A stretch of 64,000 nt of DNA from Eledone cirrhosa (lineage: Eukaryota), in contig OZ024744.1 in assembly GCA_964016885.1 (NCBI GenBank), positions 20,894,001 to 20,958,000 on the forward strand. The letters run 5' to 3'. Shown here one piece after another: positions 43,101-57,400 of this stretch (positions are counted from its first letter, which is position 1; every line of letters starts with the position of its first letter). The translations under genes were made by a program, and so were the position numbers. The notes under the pieces were generated by a model that saw only the letters and a program-made list of their open reading frames with translations, had not been told where the DNA came from and ran no database searches.

Positions 43101-45786
43101 AGTTAAATCTTAATAACTGACTCGTTTTAACAACAGTTGCATGTTAAGATAAAACTCGTTTTAACAATAGTTGAATCTTAAGAACTGACTCGTTTTAACA
43201 ACAGTTGAATCTTAAGATAAAACTCGTTTTAACAACTGTTGAGTCTTAAGAACTGACTTGTTTTAACAACAGCTGAATCTTAAGATAAAACTCGTTTTAA
43301 CAACAGTTGAATCTTAAGAACTGACTCGTTTTAACAACAGTTGAATCTTCAAATAAAACTCGTTTTAACAACAGTTGAATCTTAAGAACTGACTCGTTTT
43401 AACAACAGTTGAATGTTAAGATAAAACCCGTTTTAACAATAGTGGAATCTTAAGAACTGACTCGTTTTAACAACAGTTGAATCTTAAGATAAAACTCGTT
43501 TTAACAACAGTTGAATCTTAACAACTGACTCTTTTTAACAACAGCTGAATCTTAAGATAAAACTCGTTTTAACAACAGTTCAAACTTAAGAAATGACTCG
43601 TTTTAACAAAAGTTGAATCTTATGAACTCACTCATTGTAACAACAGTTGAATCTTAAGATAACATTCGTTTTAACAACAGTTGAATCTTAAGAACTCATT
43701 CGTTTTAACAACAGTTGAATCTTAAGATAAAACTCGTTTTAACAACACGTGAATCTTAAGAACGGACTCGTTTTAACAACACCTGAATCTTAAGATAAAA
43801 CTCGTTTTAACAACAGTTGAATCTTAAGAACTGATTCGTTTTAACAACAGTTCAAACTTAAGAACTGACTCGTTTTAACAACAGTTGAATCTTATGAACT
43901 GACTCATTTTAACAACAGTTGAATCTTAAGTTAAGACTCGTTTTAACAACAGTTGAATCTTAAGAACTGACTCGTTTTAACGACAGCTGAATCTTAAGAC
44001 AAAACCCGTTTTAACAACAGTTGAATCTTAAGAACTGTCTCGTTTTAACAACAGTTGAATCTTAAGATAAACCTCGTTTTAACAACAGTTTAATCTTAAG
44101 AACTGACTCGTTTTAACAACAGTTGAATCTTAAGACAAAACTCGTTTTAACAACAGTTGAATCTTAAGAACTGACTTGTTCTAACAACAGTTCAGCCTTA
44201 AGAACTGACTCGTTTTAAAACAGTTGAATCGTTAGAACTGACTCGTTTTAACAACAGTTGAATCTTAAAATAAAACTCGTTTTAACAATAGTTGAATCTC
44301 AAGAACTGACTCGTTTTAGCAACAGTTGAATCTTAAGATAACACTCGTTTTCATAACAGTTGAATCTCAAGAACTGTCTCGTTTTAACAACAGTTGACTT
44401 TTAAGATAAACCTCGTTTTGACAACAGTTGAATCTTAAGAACTGACTCGTTTTAACAACAGTTAAATCTTAATAACTGACTCGTTTTAACAACAGTTGCA
44501 TGTTAAGATTAAACTCGTTTTAACAATAGTTGAATCTTAAGAACTGACTCGTTTTAACAACAGTTGAATCTTAAGATAAAACTCGTTTTAACAACTGTTG
44601 AATCTTAAGAACTGACTTGTTTTAACAACAGCTGAATCTTAAGATAAAACTCGTTTTAACAACAGTTGAATCTTAAGAACTGACTCGTTTTAACAACAGT
44701 TGAATCTTCAAATATAACTCGTTTTAACAACAGTTGAATCTTAAGAACTGACTCGTTTTAACAACAGTTGAATGTTAAGATAAAACCCGTTTTAACAATA
44801 GTGGAATCTTAAGAACTGACTCGTTTTAACAACAGTTGAATCTTAAGATAAAACTCGTTTTAACAACAGTTGAATCTTAACAACTGACTCTTTTTAACAA
44901 CAGCTGAATCTTAAGATAAAACTCGTTTTAACAACAGTTCAAACTTAAGAAATGACTCGTTTTAACAAAAGTTGAATCTTATGAACTCACTCATTGTAAC
45001 AACAGTTGAATCTTAAGATAACATTCGTTTTAACAACAGTTGAATCTTAAGAACTCATTCGTTTTAACAACAGTTGAATCTTAAGATAAAACTCGTTTTA
45101 ACAACACGTGAATCTTAAGAACGGACTCGTTTTAACAACACCTGAATCTTAAGATAAAACTCGTTTTAACAACAGTTGAATCTTAAGAACTGATTCGTTT
45201 TAACAACAGTTCAAACTTAAGAACTGACTCGTTTTAACAACAGTTGAATCTTATGAACTGACTCATTTTAACAACAGTTGAATCTTAAGATAACATTCGT
45301 TTTAACAACAGTTGAATCTTAAGAACTGACTCGTTTTAACAACAGTTGAATCTTAAGACAAAACCCGTTTTAACAACAGTTGAATCATAAGAACTGTCTC
45401 GTTTTAACAACAGTTGAATCTTAAGATAAACCTCGTTTTAACAACAGTTTAATCTTAAGAACTGACTCGTTTTAACAACAGTTGAATCTTAAGACAAAAC
45501 TCGTTTTAACAACAGTTGAATCTTAAGAACTGACTTGTTCTAACAACAGTTCAGCCTTAAGAACTGACTCGTTTTAAAACAGTTGAATCGTTAGAACTGA
45601 CTCGTTTTAACAACAGTTGAATCTTAAAATAAAACTCGTTTTAACAATAGTTGAATCTCAAGAACTGACTCGTTTTAGCAACAGTTGAATCTTAAGATAA
45701 CACTCGTTTTCATAACAGTTGAATCTTAAGAACTGTCTCGTTTTAACAACAGTTGAATTTTAAGATAAACCTCGTTTTGACAACAG
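25119..45786. repeat. Large duplication, copy 2
   Basis: Same order of variant monomers as 1-20430, with two extra blocks (136 bp near 34910-35050; 102 bp near 39115-39220) and about 11 substitutions spotted by eye. Confidence 0.95.
42548..45289. repeat. Second occurrence of the 1,359-bp tandem duplication (inside large-duplication copy 2)
   Basis: Equivalent to 17192-19933 plus 25356; same markers (GTTGCATG, CATTGTAAC, GAACTCATTCG) each present twice. Confidence 0.9.
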
Positions 45787-48700
45787 GTGAATCTTAAGAA
45801 CTGACTCGTTTTAACAACAGTTAAATCTTAATAACTGACTCGTTTTAACAACAGTTGAATGTTAAGATAAAACTCGTTTTAACACTAGTTGAATCTTAAG
45901 AACTGACTCGTTTTAACAACAGTTGAATCTTAAGATAAAACTCGTTTTAACAACTGTTGAATCTTAAGAACTGACTCGTTTTAACAACAGCTGAATCTTA
46001 AGATAAAACTCGTTTTAACAACAGTTGAATCTTAAGAACTGACTCGTTTTAACAACAGTTGAATCTTCAAATAAAACTCGTTTTAACAACAGTTGAATCT
46101 TAAGAACTGACTCGTTTTAACAACAGTTGAATGTTAAGATAAAACTCGTTTTAACAATAGTGGAATCTTAAGAACTGACTCGTTTTAACAACAGTTGAAT
46201 CTTAAGATAAAGCTCGTTTTAACAACAGTTGAATCTTAAGAACTGACTCGTTTTAACAACAGCTGAATCTTAAGATAAAACTCGTTTTAACAACAGTTCA
46301 AACTTAAGAAATGACTCGTTTTAACAAAAGTTGAATCTTATGAACTCACTCATTTTAACAACAGTTGAATCTTAAGATAAAATTCGTTTTAACAACAGTT
46401 GAATCTTAAGAACTGATTCGTTTTAACAACAGTTGAATCTTAAGATAAAACTCGTTTTAACAACACGTGAATGTTAAGAACGGACTCGTTTTAACAACAC
46501 CTGAATCGTAAGATAAAACTCGTTTTAACAACAGTTGAATCTTAAGAACTGATTCGTTTTAACAACAGTTCAAACTTAAGAACTGACTCGTTTTAACAAC
46601 AGTTGAATCTTATGAACTGACTCATTTTAACAACAGTTGAATCTTAAGATAACATTCGTTTTAACAACAGTTGAATCTTAAGAACTGACTCGTTTTAACA
46701 ACAGCTGAATCTTAAGATAAAACTCGTTTTAACAACAGTTGAATCTTAAGATAGAACTCGTTTTAACAACAGTTGAATCTTATGAGCTAACTCATTTTAA
46801 CAACAGTTGAATCTTAAGTTAAGACTCGTTTTAACAACAGTTGAATCTTAAGAACTGACTCGTTTTAACAACAGCTGAATCTTAAGATAAAACTCGTTTT
46901 AACAACAGTTGAATCTTAAGAACTGACTCGTTTTAACAACAGCTGAATCTTAAGATAAAACTCGTTTTAACAACAGTTGAATCTTAAGTTAAGACTCGTT
47001 TTAACAACAGTTGAATCTTAAGAACTGACTCGTTTTAACGACAGCTGAATCTTAAGACAAAACCCGTTTTAACAACAGTTGAATCTTAAGAACTGTCTCG
47101 TTTTAACAACAGTTGAATCTTAAGATAAACCTCGTTTTAACAACAGTTTAATCTTAAGAACTGACTCGTTTTAACAACAGTTGAATCTTAAGACAAAACT
47201 CGTTTTAACAACAGTTGAATCTTAAGAACTGACTTGTTCTAACAACAGTTAGCCTTAAGAACTGACTCGTTTTAAAACAGTTGAATCGTTAGAACTGACT
47301 CGTTTTAACAACAGTTGAATCTTAAAATAAAACTCGTTTTAACAATAGTTGAATCTCAAGAACTGACTCGTTTTAGCAACAGTTGAATCTTAAGATAACA
47401 CTCGTTTTCATAACAGTTGAATCTCAAGAACTGTCTCGTTTTAACAACAGTTGACTTTTAAGATAAACCTCGTTTTGACAACAGTTGAATCTTAAGAACT
47501 GACTCGTTTTAACAACAGTTAAATCTTAATAACTGACTCGTTTTAACAACAGTTGAATGTTAAGATAAAACTCGTTTTAACAATAGTTGAATCTTAAGAA
47601 CTGACTCGTTTTAACAACAGTTGAATCTTAAGATAAAACTCGTTTTAACAACTGTTGAATCTTAAGAACTGACTTGTTTTAACAACAGCTGAATCTTAAG
47701 ATAAAACTCGTTTTAACAACAGTTGAATCTTAAGAACTGACTCGTTTTAACAACAGTTGAATCTTCAAATAAAACTCGTTTTAACAACAGTTGAATCTTA
47801 AGAACTGACTCGTTTTAACAACAGTTGAATGTTAAGATAAAAACCGTTTTAACAATAGTGGAATCTTAAGAACTGACTCGTTTTAACAACAGTTGAATCT
47901 TAAGATAAAACTCGTTTTAACAACAGTTGAATCTTAACAACTGACTCGTTTTAACAACAGCTGAATCTTAAGATAAAACTCGTTTTAACAACAGTTCAAA
48001 CTTAAGAAATGACTCGTTTTAACAAAAGTTGAATCTTATGAAATCACTCATTGTAACAACAGTTGAATCTTAAGATAACATTCGTTTTAACAACAGTTGA
48101 ATCTTAAGAACTGATTCGTTTTAACAACAGTTGAATCTTAAGATAAAACTCGTTTTAACAACACGTGAATCTTAAGAACGGACTCGTTTTAACAACACCT
48201 GAATCTTAAGATAAAACTCGTTTTAACAACAGTTGAATCTTAAGAACTGATTCGTTTTAACAACAGTTCAAACTTAAGAACTGACTCGTTTTAACAACAG
48301 TTGAATCTTATGAACTGACTCATTTTAACAACAGTTGAATCTTAAGATAACATTCGTTTTAACAACAGTTGAATCTTAAGAACTGACTCGTTTTAACAAC
48401 AGCTGAATCTTAAGATAAAACTCGTTTTAACAACAGTTGAATCTTAAGATAAAACTCGTTTTAACAACAGTTGAATCTTAAGAACTGACTCGTTTTAACG
48501 ACAGCTGAATCTTAAGATAAAACTCGTTTTAACAACAGTTCAAACTTAAGAAATGACTCGTTTTAACAACAGTTGAATCTTATGAACTGACTCATTTTAA
48601 CAACAGTTGAATCTTAAGAACTGATTCGTTTTAGCAACAGCTGAATCTTAAGATAAAACTCGTTTTAACAACAGTTGAATCTTAAGAACTGACTCGTTTT

Positions 48701-51482
48701 AACAACAGCTGAATCTTAAGATAAAACTCGTTTTAACAACAGTTGAATCTTAAGAACTGACTCGTTTTAACAACAGCTTCATCTTAAGATAAAACTCGTT
48801 TTAACAACAGTTGAATCTTAAGATAAAACTCGTTTTAACAACAGTTGAATCTTAAGAACTGACTCTTTTTAACAACAGTTGAATCTTAAGATAAAACTCG
48901 TTTTAACAACAGTTGAATCTTATGAGCTAACTCATTTTAACAACAGTTGAATCTTAAGTTAAGACTCGTTTTAACAACAGTTGAATCTTAAGAACTGACT
49001 CGTTTTAACAACAGCTGAATCTTAAGATAAAACTCGTTTTAACAACAGTTGAATCTTAAGAACTGACTCGTTTTAACAACAGTTGAATCTTAAGTTAAGA
49101 CTCGTTTTAACAACAGTTGAATCTTAAGAACTGACTCGTTTTAACGACAGCTGAATCTTAAGACAAAACCCGTTTTAACAACAGTTGAATCTTAAGAACT
49201 GTCTCGTTTTAACAACAGTTGAATCTTAAGATAAACCTCGTTTTAACAACAGTTTAATCTTAAGAACTGACTCGTTTTAACAACAGTTGAATCTTAAGAC
49301 AAAACTCGTTTTAACAACAGTTGAATCTTAAGAACTGACTTGTTCTAACAACAGTTCAGCCTTAATAACTGACTCGTTTTAAAACAGTTGAATCGTTAGA
49401 ACTGACTCGTTTTAACAACAGTTGAATCTTAAAATAAAACTCGTTTTAACAATAGTTGAATCTCAAGAACTGACTCGTTTTAGCAACAGTTGTATCTTAA
49501 GATAACACTCGTTTTCATAACAGTTGAATCTTAAGAAATGTCTCGTTTTAACAACAGTTGAATTTTAAGATAAACCTCGTTTTGACAACAGTTGAATCTT
49601 AAGAACTGACTCGTTTTAACAACAGTTAAATCTTAATAACTGACTCGTTTTAACAACAGTTGAATGTTAAGATAAAACTCGTTTTAAGAATAGTTGAATC
49701 TTAAGAACTGACTCGTTTTAACAACAGTTGAATCTTAAGATAAAACTCGTTTTAACAACTGTTGAATCTTAAGAACTGACTCGTTTTAACAACAGCTGAA
49801 TCTTAAGATAAAACTCGTTTTAACAACAGTTGAATCTTAAGAACTGACTCGTTTTAACAACAGTTGAATGTTAAGATAAAACTCGTTTTAACAATAGTGG
49901 AATCTTAAGAACTGACTCGTTTTAACAACAGTTGAATCTTAAGATAAAACTCGTTTTAACAACAGTTGAATCTTAAGAACTGACTCGTTTTAACAACAGC
50001 TGAATCTTAAGATAAAACTCGTTTTAACAACAGTTCAAACTTAAGAAATGACTCATTTTAAGAACAGTTGAATCTTAAGATAACATTCGTTTTAACAACA
50101 GTTGAATCTTAAGAAATGATTCGTTTTAACAACAGTTGAATCTTAAGATAAAACTCGTTTTAACAACACTTGAATCTTAAGAACGGACTCGTTTTAACAA
50201 CACCTGAATGTTAAGATAAAACTCGTTTTAACAACAGTTGAATCTTAAGAACTGATTCGTTTTAACAACAGTTCAAACTTAAGAACTGACTCGTTTTAAC
50301 AACAGTTGAATCTTATGAACTGACTCATTTTAATAACAGTTGAATCTTAAGATAACATTCGTTTTAACAACAGTTGAATCTTAAGAACTGACTCGTTTTA
50401 ACAACAGTTGAATCTTAAAGATAAAACTCGTTTCGACAACAGTTGAATCTTAAGAACTGACTCGTTTTAACAACAGCTGAATCTTAAGATAAAACTCGTT
50501 TTAACAACAGTTGAATCTTAAGAACTGACTCGTTTTAACGACAGCTGAATCTTAAGATAAAACTCGTTTTAACAACAGTTCAAACTTAAGAAATGACTCG
50601 TTTTAACAACAGTTGAATCTTATGAACTGACTCATTTTAACAACAGTTGAATCTTAAGAACTGATTCGTTTTAACAACAGCTGAATCTTAAGATAAAACT
50701 CGTTTTAACAACAGTTGAATCTTAAGAACTGATTCGTTTTAACAACAGCTGAATCTTAAGATAAAACTCGTTTTAACAACAGTTGAATCTTAAGAACTGA
50801 CTCGTTTTAACAACAGCTGAATGTTAAGATAAAACTCGTTTTAACAACAGTTGAATCTTAAGATAAAACTCGTTTTAACAACAGTTCAAACTTAAGAAAT
50901 GACTCGTTTTAACAAAAGTTGAATCTTATGAACTCACTCATTTTAACAACAGTTGAATCTTAAGATAACATTCGTTTTAACAACAGTTGAATCTTAAGAA
51001 CTGATTCGTTTTAACAACAGTTGAATGTTAAGATAAAACTCGTTTTAACAATAGTGGAATCTTAAGAACTGACTCGTTTTAACAACAGTTGAATCTTAAG
51101 ATAAAACTCGTTTTAACAACAGTTGAATCTTAAGAACTGACTCGTTTTAACAACAGCTGAATCTTAAGATAAAACTCGTTTTAACAACAGTTGAATCTTA
51201 AGAACTGACTCGTTTTAACGACAGCTGAATCTTAAGATAAAACTTGTTTTAACAACAGTTGAATCTTAAAGATAAAACTCGCTTTAACAACAGTTGAATC
51301 TTAAGAACTGACTCGTTTTAACAACAGTTAAATCTTAAGACAAAACCCGTTTTAACAACAGTTGAATCTTAAGAACTGTCTCGTTTTAACAACAGTTGAA
51401 TCCTAAGATAAACCTCGTTTTAACAACAGATTAATCTTAAGAACTGACTCGTTCTAACAACAGTTGAATCTTAAGACAAAAC

Positions 51483-54400
51483 TCGTTTTAACAACAGTTG
51501 AATCTTAAGAACTGACTTGTTCTAACAACAGTTCAGCCTCAAGAACTGACTCGTTTTAAAACAGTTGAATCGTTAGATCTGACTCGTTTTAACAACAGTT
51601 GAATCTTAAAATAAAACTCGTTTTAACAATAGTTGAATCTCAAGAACTGACTCGTTTTAGAAACAGTTGAATCTTAATAACTGACTCGTTTTAACAACAG
51701 TTGAATGTTAAGATAAAACTCGTTTAAGAATAGTTGAATCTTAAGAACTGACTCGTTTTAACAACAGTTGAATCTTAAGATAAAGCTCGTTTTAACAACT
51801 GTTGAATCTTAAGAACTGACTCGTTTTAACAACAGTTGAATCTTCAAATAAAACTCGTTTTAACAACAGTTGAATCTTAAGAACTGACTCGTTTTAACAA
51901 CAGTTGAATGTTAAGATAAAACTCGTTTTAAAAATAGTTGAATCTTAAGAACTGACTCGTTTTAACAACAGTTGAATCTTAAGATAAAACTCGTTTTAAC
52001 AACAGTTGAATCTTAAGAACTGACTCATTTTAACAACAGTTGAATATTATGAACTCACTCATTTTAACAACACTTGAATCTTAAGATAACATTCGTTTTA
52101 ACAACAGTTGAATCTTAAGAACTGATTCGTTTTAACAACAGTTGAATCTTAAGATAAAACTCGTTTTAACAACAGTTGAATCTTAAGAACGGACTCGTTT
52201 TAACAACAGCTGAATTTTAAGATAAAACTCGTTTTAACAACAGTTGAATCTTAAGAACTGATTCGTTTTAACAACAGTTCAAACTTAAGAACTGACTCAT
52301 TTTAACAACAGTTGAATCTTAAGATAACATTCGTTTTAACAACAGTTGAATCTTAAGAACTGACTCGTTTTAACAACAGTTGAATCTTAAGATAAAACTC
52401 GTTTTAACAACAGTTGATTCTTAAGAACTGACTCGTTTTAACAACAGCTGAATCTTAAGATAAAACTCGTTTTAACAACAGTTGTATCTTATGAACTGAC
52501 TCATTTTAACAACAGTTGAATCTTAAGAACTGATTCGTTTTAACAACAGTTGAATCTTAAGATAAAACTCGTTTTAACAACAGTTGAATCTTAAGAACTG
52601 ACTCGTTTTAACAACAGCTGAATCTTAAGATAAAACTCGTTTTAACAACAGTTGAATCTTAAGAACTGACTCGTTTTAACGACAGCTGAATCTTAAGATA
52701 AAACTCGTTTTAACAACAGTTGGATCTTAAGAACTGACTCGTTTTAACAACAGTTGAATCTTACGATAAAACTCGTTTTAACAACAGTTGAATCTTATGA
52801 ACTAACTCATTTTAACAACAGTTGAATCTTAAGTTAAGACTCGTTTTAACAACAGTTGAATCTTAAGAACTGACTCGTTTTAACAACAGTTGAATCTTAA
52901 GACAAAACTCGTTTTAACAACAGTTGAATCTTAAGAACTGACTTGTTCTAACAACAGTTCAGCCTTAAGAACTGACTCGTTTTAAAACAGTTGAATCGTT
53001 AGAATCGACTCGTTTTAACAACAGTTGAATCTTAAAATAAAACTCGTTTTAACAATAGTTGAATCTCAAGAACTGACTCGTTTTAGCAACAGTTGAATCT
53101 TAAGATAACACTCGTTTTCATAACAGTTGAATCTTAAGAACAGTCTCGTTTTAACAACAGTTGAATTTTAAGATAAACCTCGTTTTGACAACAGGTGAAT
53201 CTTAAGAACTGACTCGTTTTAACAACAGTTAAATCTTAATAACTGACTCGTTTTAACAACAGTTGAATGTTAAGATAAAACTCGTTTTAACACTAGTTGA
53301 ATCTTAAGAACTGACCCGTTTTAACAACAGTTGAATCTTAAGATAAAACTCGTTTTAACAACTGTTGAATCTTAAGAACTGACTCGTTTTAACAACAGCT
53401 GAATCTTAAGATAAAACTCGTTTTAACAACAGTTGAATCTTAAGAACTGACTCGTTTTAACAACAGTTGAATCTTCAAATAAAACTCGTTTTAACAACAG
53501 TTGAATCTTAAGAACTGACTCGTTTTAACAACAGTTGAATCTTAAGATAAAACTCGTTTTAACAACAGTTGAATCTTAAGATAAAACTCGTTTTAACAAC
53601 AGTTGAATCTTATGAGCTAACTCATTTTAACAACAGTTGAATCTTAAGTTAAGACTCGTTTTAACAACAGTTGAATCTTAAGAACTGACTCGTTTTAACA
53701 ACAGCTGAATCTTAAGATAAAACTCGTTTTAACAACAGTTGAATCTTAAGAACTGACTCGTTTTAACAACAGCTGAATCTTAAGATAAAACTCGTTTTAA
53801 CAACAGTTGAATCTTAAGTTAAGACTCGTTTTAACAACAGTTGAATCTTAAGAACTGACTCGTTTTAACGACAGCTGAATCTTAAGACAAAACCCGTTTT
53901 AACAACAGTTGAATCTTAAGAACTGTCTCGTTTTAACAACAGTTGAATCTTAAGATAAACCTCGTTTTAACAACAGTTTAATCTTAAGAACTGACTCGTT
54001 TTAACAACAGTTGAATCTTAAGACAAAACTCGTTTTAACAACAGTTGAATCTTAAGAACTGACTTGTTCTAACAACAGTTCAGCCTTAAGAACTGACTCG
54101 TTTTAAAACAGTTGAATCGTTAGAACTGACTCGTTTTAACAACAGTTGAATCTTAAAATAAAACTCGTTTTAACAATAGTTGAATCTCAAGAACTGACTC
54201 GTTTTAGCAACAGTTGAATCTTAAGATAACACTCGTTTTCATAACAGTTGAATCTCAAGAACTGTCTCGTTTTAACAACAGTTGACTTTTAAGATAAACC
54301 TCGTTTTGACAACAGTTGAATCTTAAGAACTGACTCGTTTTAACAACAGTTAAATCTTAATAACTGACTCGTTTTAACAACAGTTGCATGTTAAGATAAA

Positions 54401-57400
54401 ACTCGTTTTAACAATAGTTGAATCTTAAGAACTGACTCGTTTTAACAACAGTTGAATCTTAAGATAAAACTCGTTTTAACAACTGTTGAATCTTAAGAAC
54501 TGACTTGTTTTAACAACAGCTGAATCTTAAGATAAAACTCGTTTTAACAACAGTTGAATCTTAAGAACTGACTCGTTTTAACAACAGTTGAATCTTAAGA
54601 ACTGACTCGTTTTAACAACAGTTGAATGTTAAGATAAAACCCGTTTTAACAATAGTGGAATCTTAAGAACTGACTCGTTTTAACAACAGTTGAATCTTAA
54701 GATAAAACTAGTTTTAACAACAGTTGAATCTTAACAACTGACTCGTTTTAACAACAGCTGAATCTTAAGATAAAACTCGTTTTAACAACAGTTCAAACTT
54801 AAGAAATGACTCGTTTTAACAAAAGTTGAATCTTATGAACTCACTCATTGTAACAACAGTTGAATCTTAAGATAACATTCGTTTTAACAACAGTTGAATC
54901 TTAAGAACTCATTCGTTTTAACAACAGTTGAATCTTAAGATAAAACTCGTTTTAACAACACGTGAATCTTAATAACGGACTCGTTTTAACAACACCTGAA
55001 TCTTAAGATAAAACTCGTTTTAACAACAGTTGAATCTTAAGAACTGATTCGTTTTAACAACAGTTCAAACTTAAGAACTGACTCGTTTTAACAACAGTTG
55101 AATCTTATGAACTGACTCATTTTAACAACAGTTGAATCTTAAGATAACATTCGTTTTAACAACAGTTGAATCTTAAGAACTGACTTGTTCTAACAACAGT
55201 TCAGCCTCAAGAACTGACTCGTTTTAAAACAGTTGAATCGTTAGATCTGACTCGTTTTAACAACAGTTGAATCTTAAAATAAAACTCGTTTTAACAATAG
55301 TTGAATCTCAAGAACTGACTCGTTTTAGAAACAGTTGAATCTTAATAACTGACTCGTTTTAACAACAGTTGAATGTTAAGATAAAACTCGTTTAAGAATA
55401 GTTGAATCTTAAGAACTGACTCGTTTTAACAACAGTTGAATCTTAAGATAAAGCTCGTTTTAACAACTGTTGAATCTTAAGAACTGACTCGTTTTAACAA
55501 CAGTTGAATCTTCAAATAAAACTCGTTTTAACAACAGTTGAATCTTAAGAACTGACTCGTTTTAACAACAGTTGAATGTTAAGATAAAACTCGTTTTAAA
55601 AATAGTTGAATCTTAAGAACTGACTCGTTTTAACAACAGTTGAATCTTAAGATAAAACTCGTTTTAACAACAGTTGAATCTTAAGAACTGACTCATTTTA
55701 ACAACAGTTGAATATTATGAACTCACTCATTTTAACAACACTTGAATCTTAAGATAACATTCGTTTTAACAACAGTTGAATCTTAAGAACTGATTCGTTT
55801 TAACAACAGTTGAATCTTAAGATAAAACTCGTTTTAACAACAGTTGAATCTTAAGAACGGACTCGTTTTAACAACAGCTGAATTTTAAGATAAAACTCGT
55901 TTTAACAACAGTTGAATCTTAAGAACTGATTCGTTTTAACAACAGTTCAAACTTAAGAACTGACTCATTTTAACAACAGTTGAATCTTAAGATAACATTC
56001 GTTTTAACAACAGTTGAATCTTAAGAACTGACTCGTTTTAACAACAGTTGAATCTTAAGATAAAACTCGTTTTAACAACAGTTGATTCTTAAGAACTGAC
56101 TCGTTTTAACAACAGCTGAATCTTAAGATAAAACTCGTTTTAACAACAGTTGTATCTTATGAACTGACTCATTTTAACAACAGTTGAATCTTAAGAACTG
56201 ATTCGTTTTAACAACAGTTGAATCTTAAGATAAAACTCGTTTTAACAACAGTTGAATCTTAAGAACTGACTCGTTTTAACAACAGCTGAATCTTAAGATA
56301 AAACTCGTTTTAACAACAGTTGAATCTTAAGAACTGACTCGTTTTAACGACAGCTGAATCTTAAGATAAAACTCGTTTTAACAACAGTTGGATCTTAAGA
56401 ACTGACTCGTTTTAACAACAGTTGAATCTTACGATAAAACTCGTTTTAACAACAGTTGAATCTTATGAACTAACTCATTTTAACAACAGTTGAATCTTAA
56501 GTTAAGACTCGTTTTAACAACAGTTGAATCTTAAGAACTGACTCGTTTTAACAACAGTTGAATCTTAAGACAAAACTCGTTTTAACAACAGTTGAATCTT
56601 AAGAACTGACTTGTTCTAACAACAGTTCAGCCTTAAGAACTGACTCGTTTTAAAACAGTTGAATCGTTAGAATCGACTCGTTTTAACAACAGTTGAATCT
56701 TAAAATAAAACTCGTTTTAACAATAGTTGAATCTCAAGAACTGACTCGTTTTAGCAACAGTTGAATCTTAAGATAACACTCGTTTTCATAACAGTTGAAT
56801 CTTAAGAACAGTCTCGTTTTAACAACAGTTGAATTTTAAGATAAACCTCGTTTTGACAACAGGTGAATCTTAAGAACTGACTCGTTTTAACAACAGTTAA
56901 ATCTTAATAACTGACTCGTTTTAACAACAGTTGAATGTTAAGATAAAACTCGTTTTAACACTAGTTGAATCTTAAGAACTGACCCGTTTTAACAACAGTT
57001 GAATCTTAAGATAAAACTCGTTTTAACAACTGTTGAATCTTAAGAACTGACTCGTTTTAACAACAGCTGAATCTTAAGATAAAACTCGTTTTAACAACAG
57101 TTGAATCTTAAGAACTGACTCGTTTTAACAACAGTTGAATCTTCAAATAAAACTCGTTTTAACAACAGTTGAATCTTAAGAACTGACTCGTTTTAACAAC
57201 AGTTGAATCTTAAGATAAAACTCGTTTTAACAACAGTTGAATCTTAAGATAAAACTCGTTTTAACAACAGTTGAATCTTATGAGCTAACTCATTTTAACA
57301 ACAGTTGAATCTTAAGTTAAGACTCGTTTTAACAACAGTTGAATCTTAAGAACTGACTCGTTTTAACAACAGCTGAATCTTAAGATAAAACTCGTTTTAA

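Noticed and set aside
47241-47260. Singleton 1-bp deletion (CAGTTAGCC instead of CAGTTCAGCC)
   Set aside because: Seen only once, so it cannot be distinguished from a consensus error, unlike the AACAACGTTG deletion present in both large copies.
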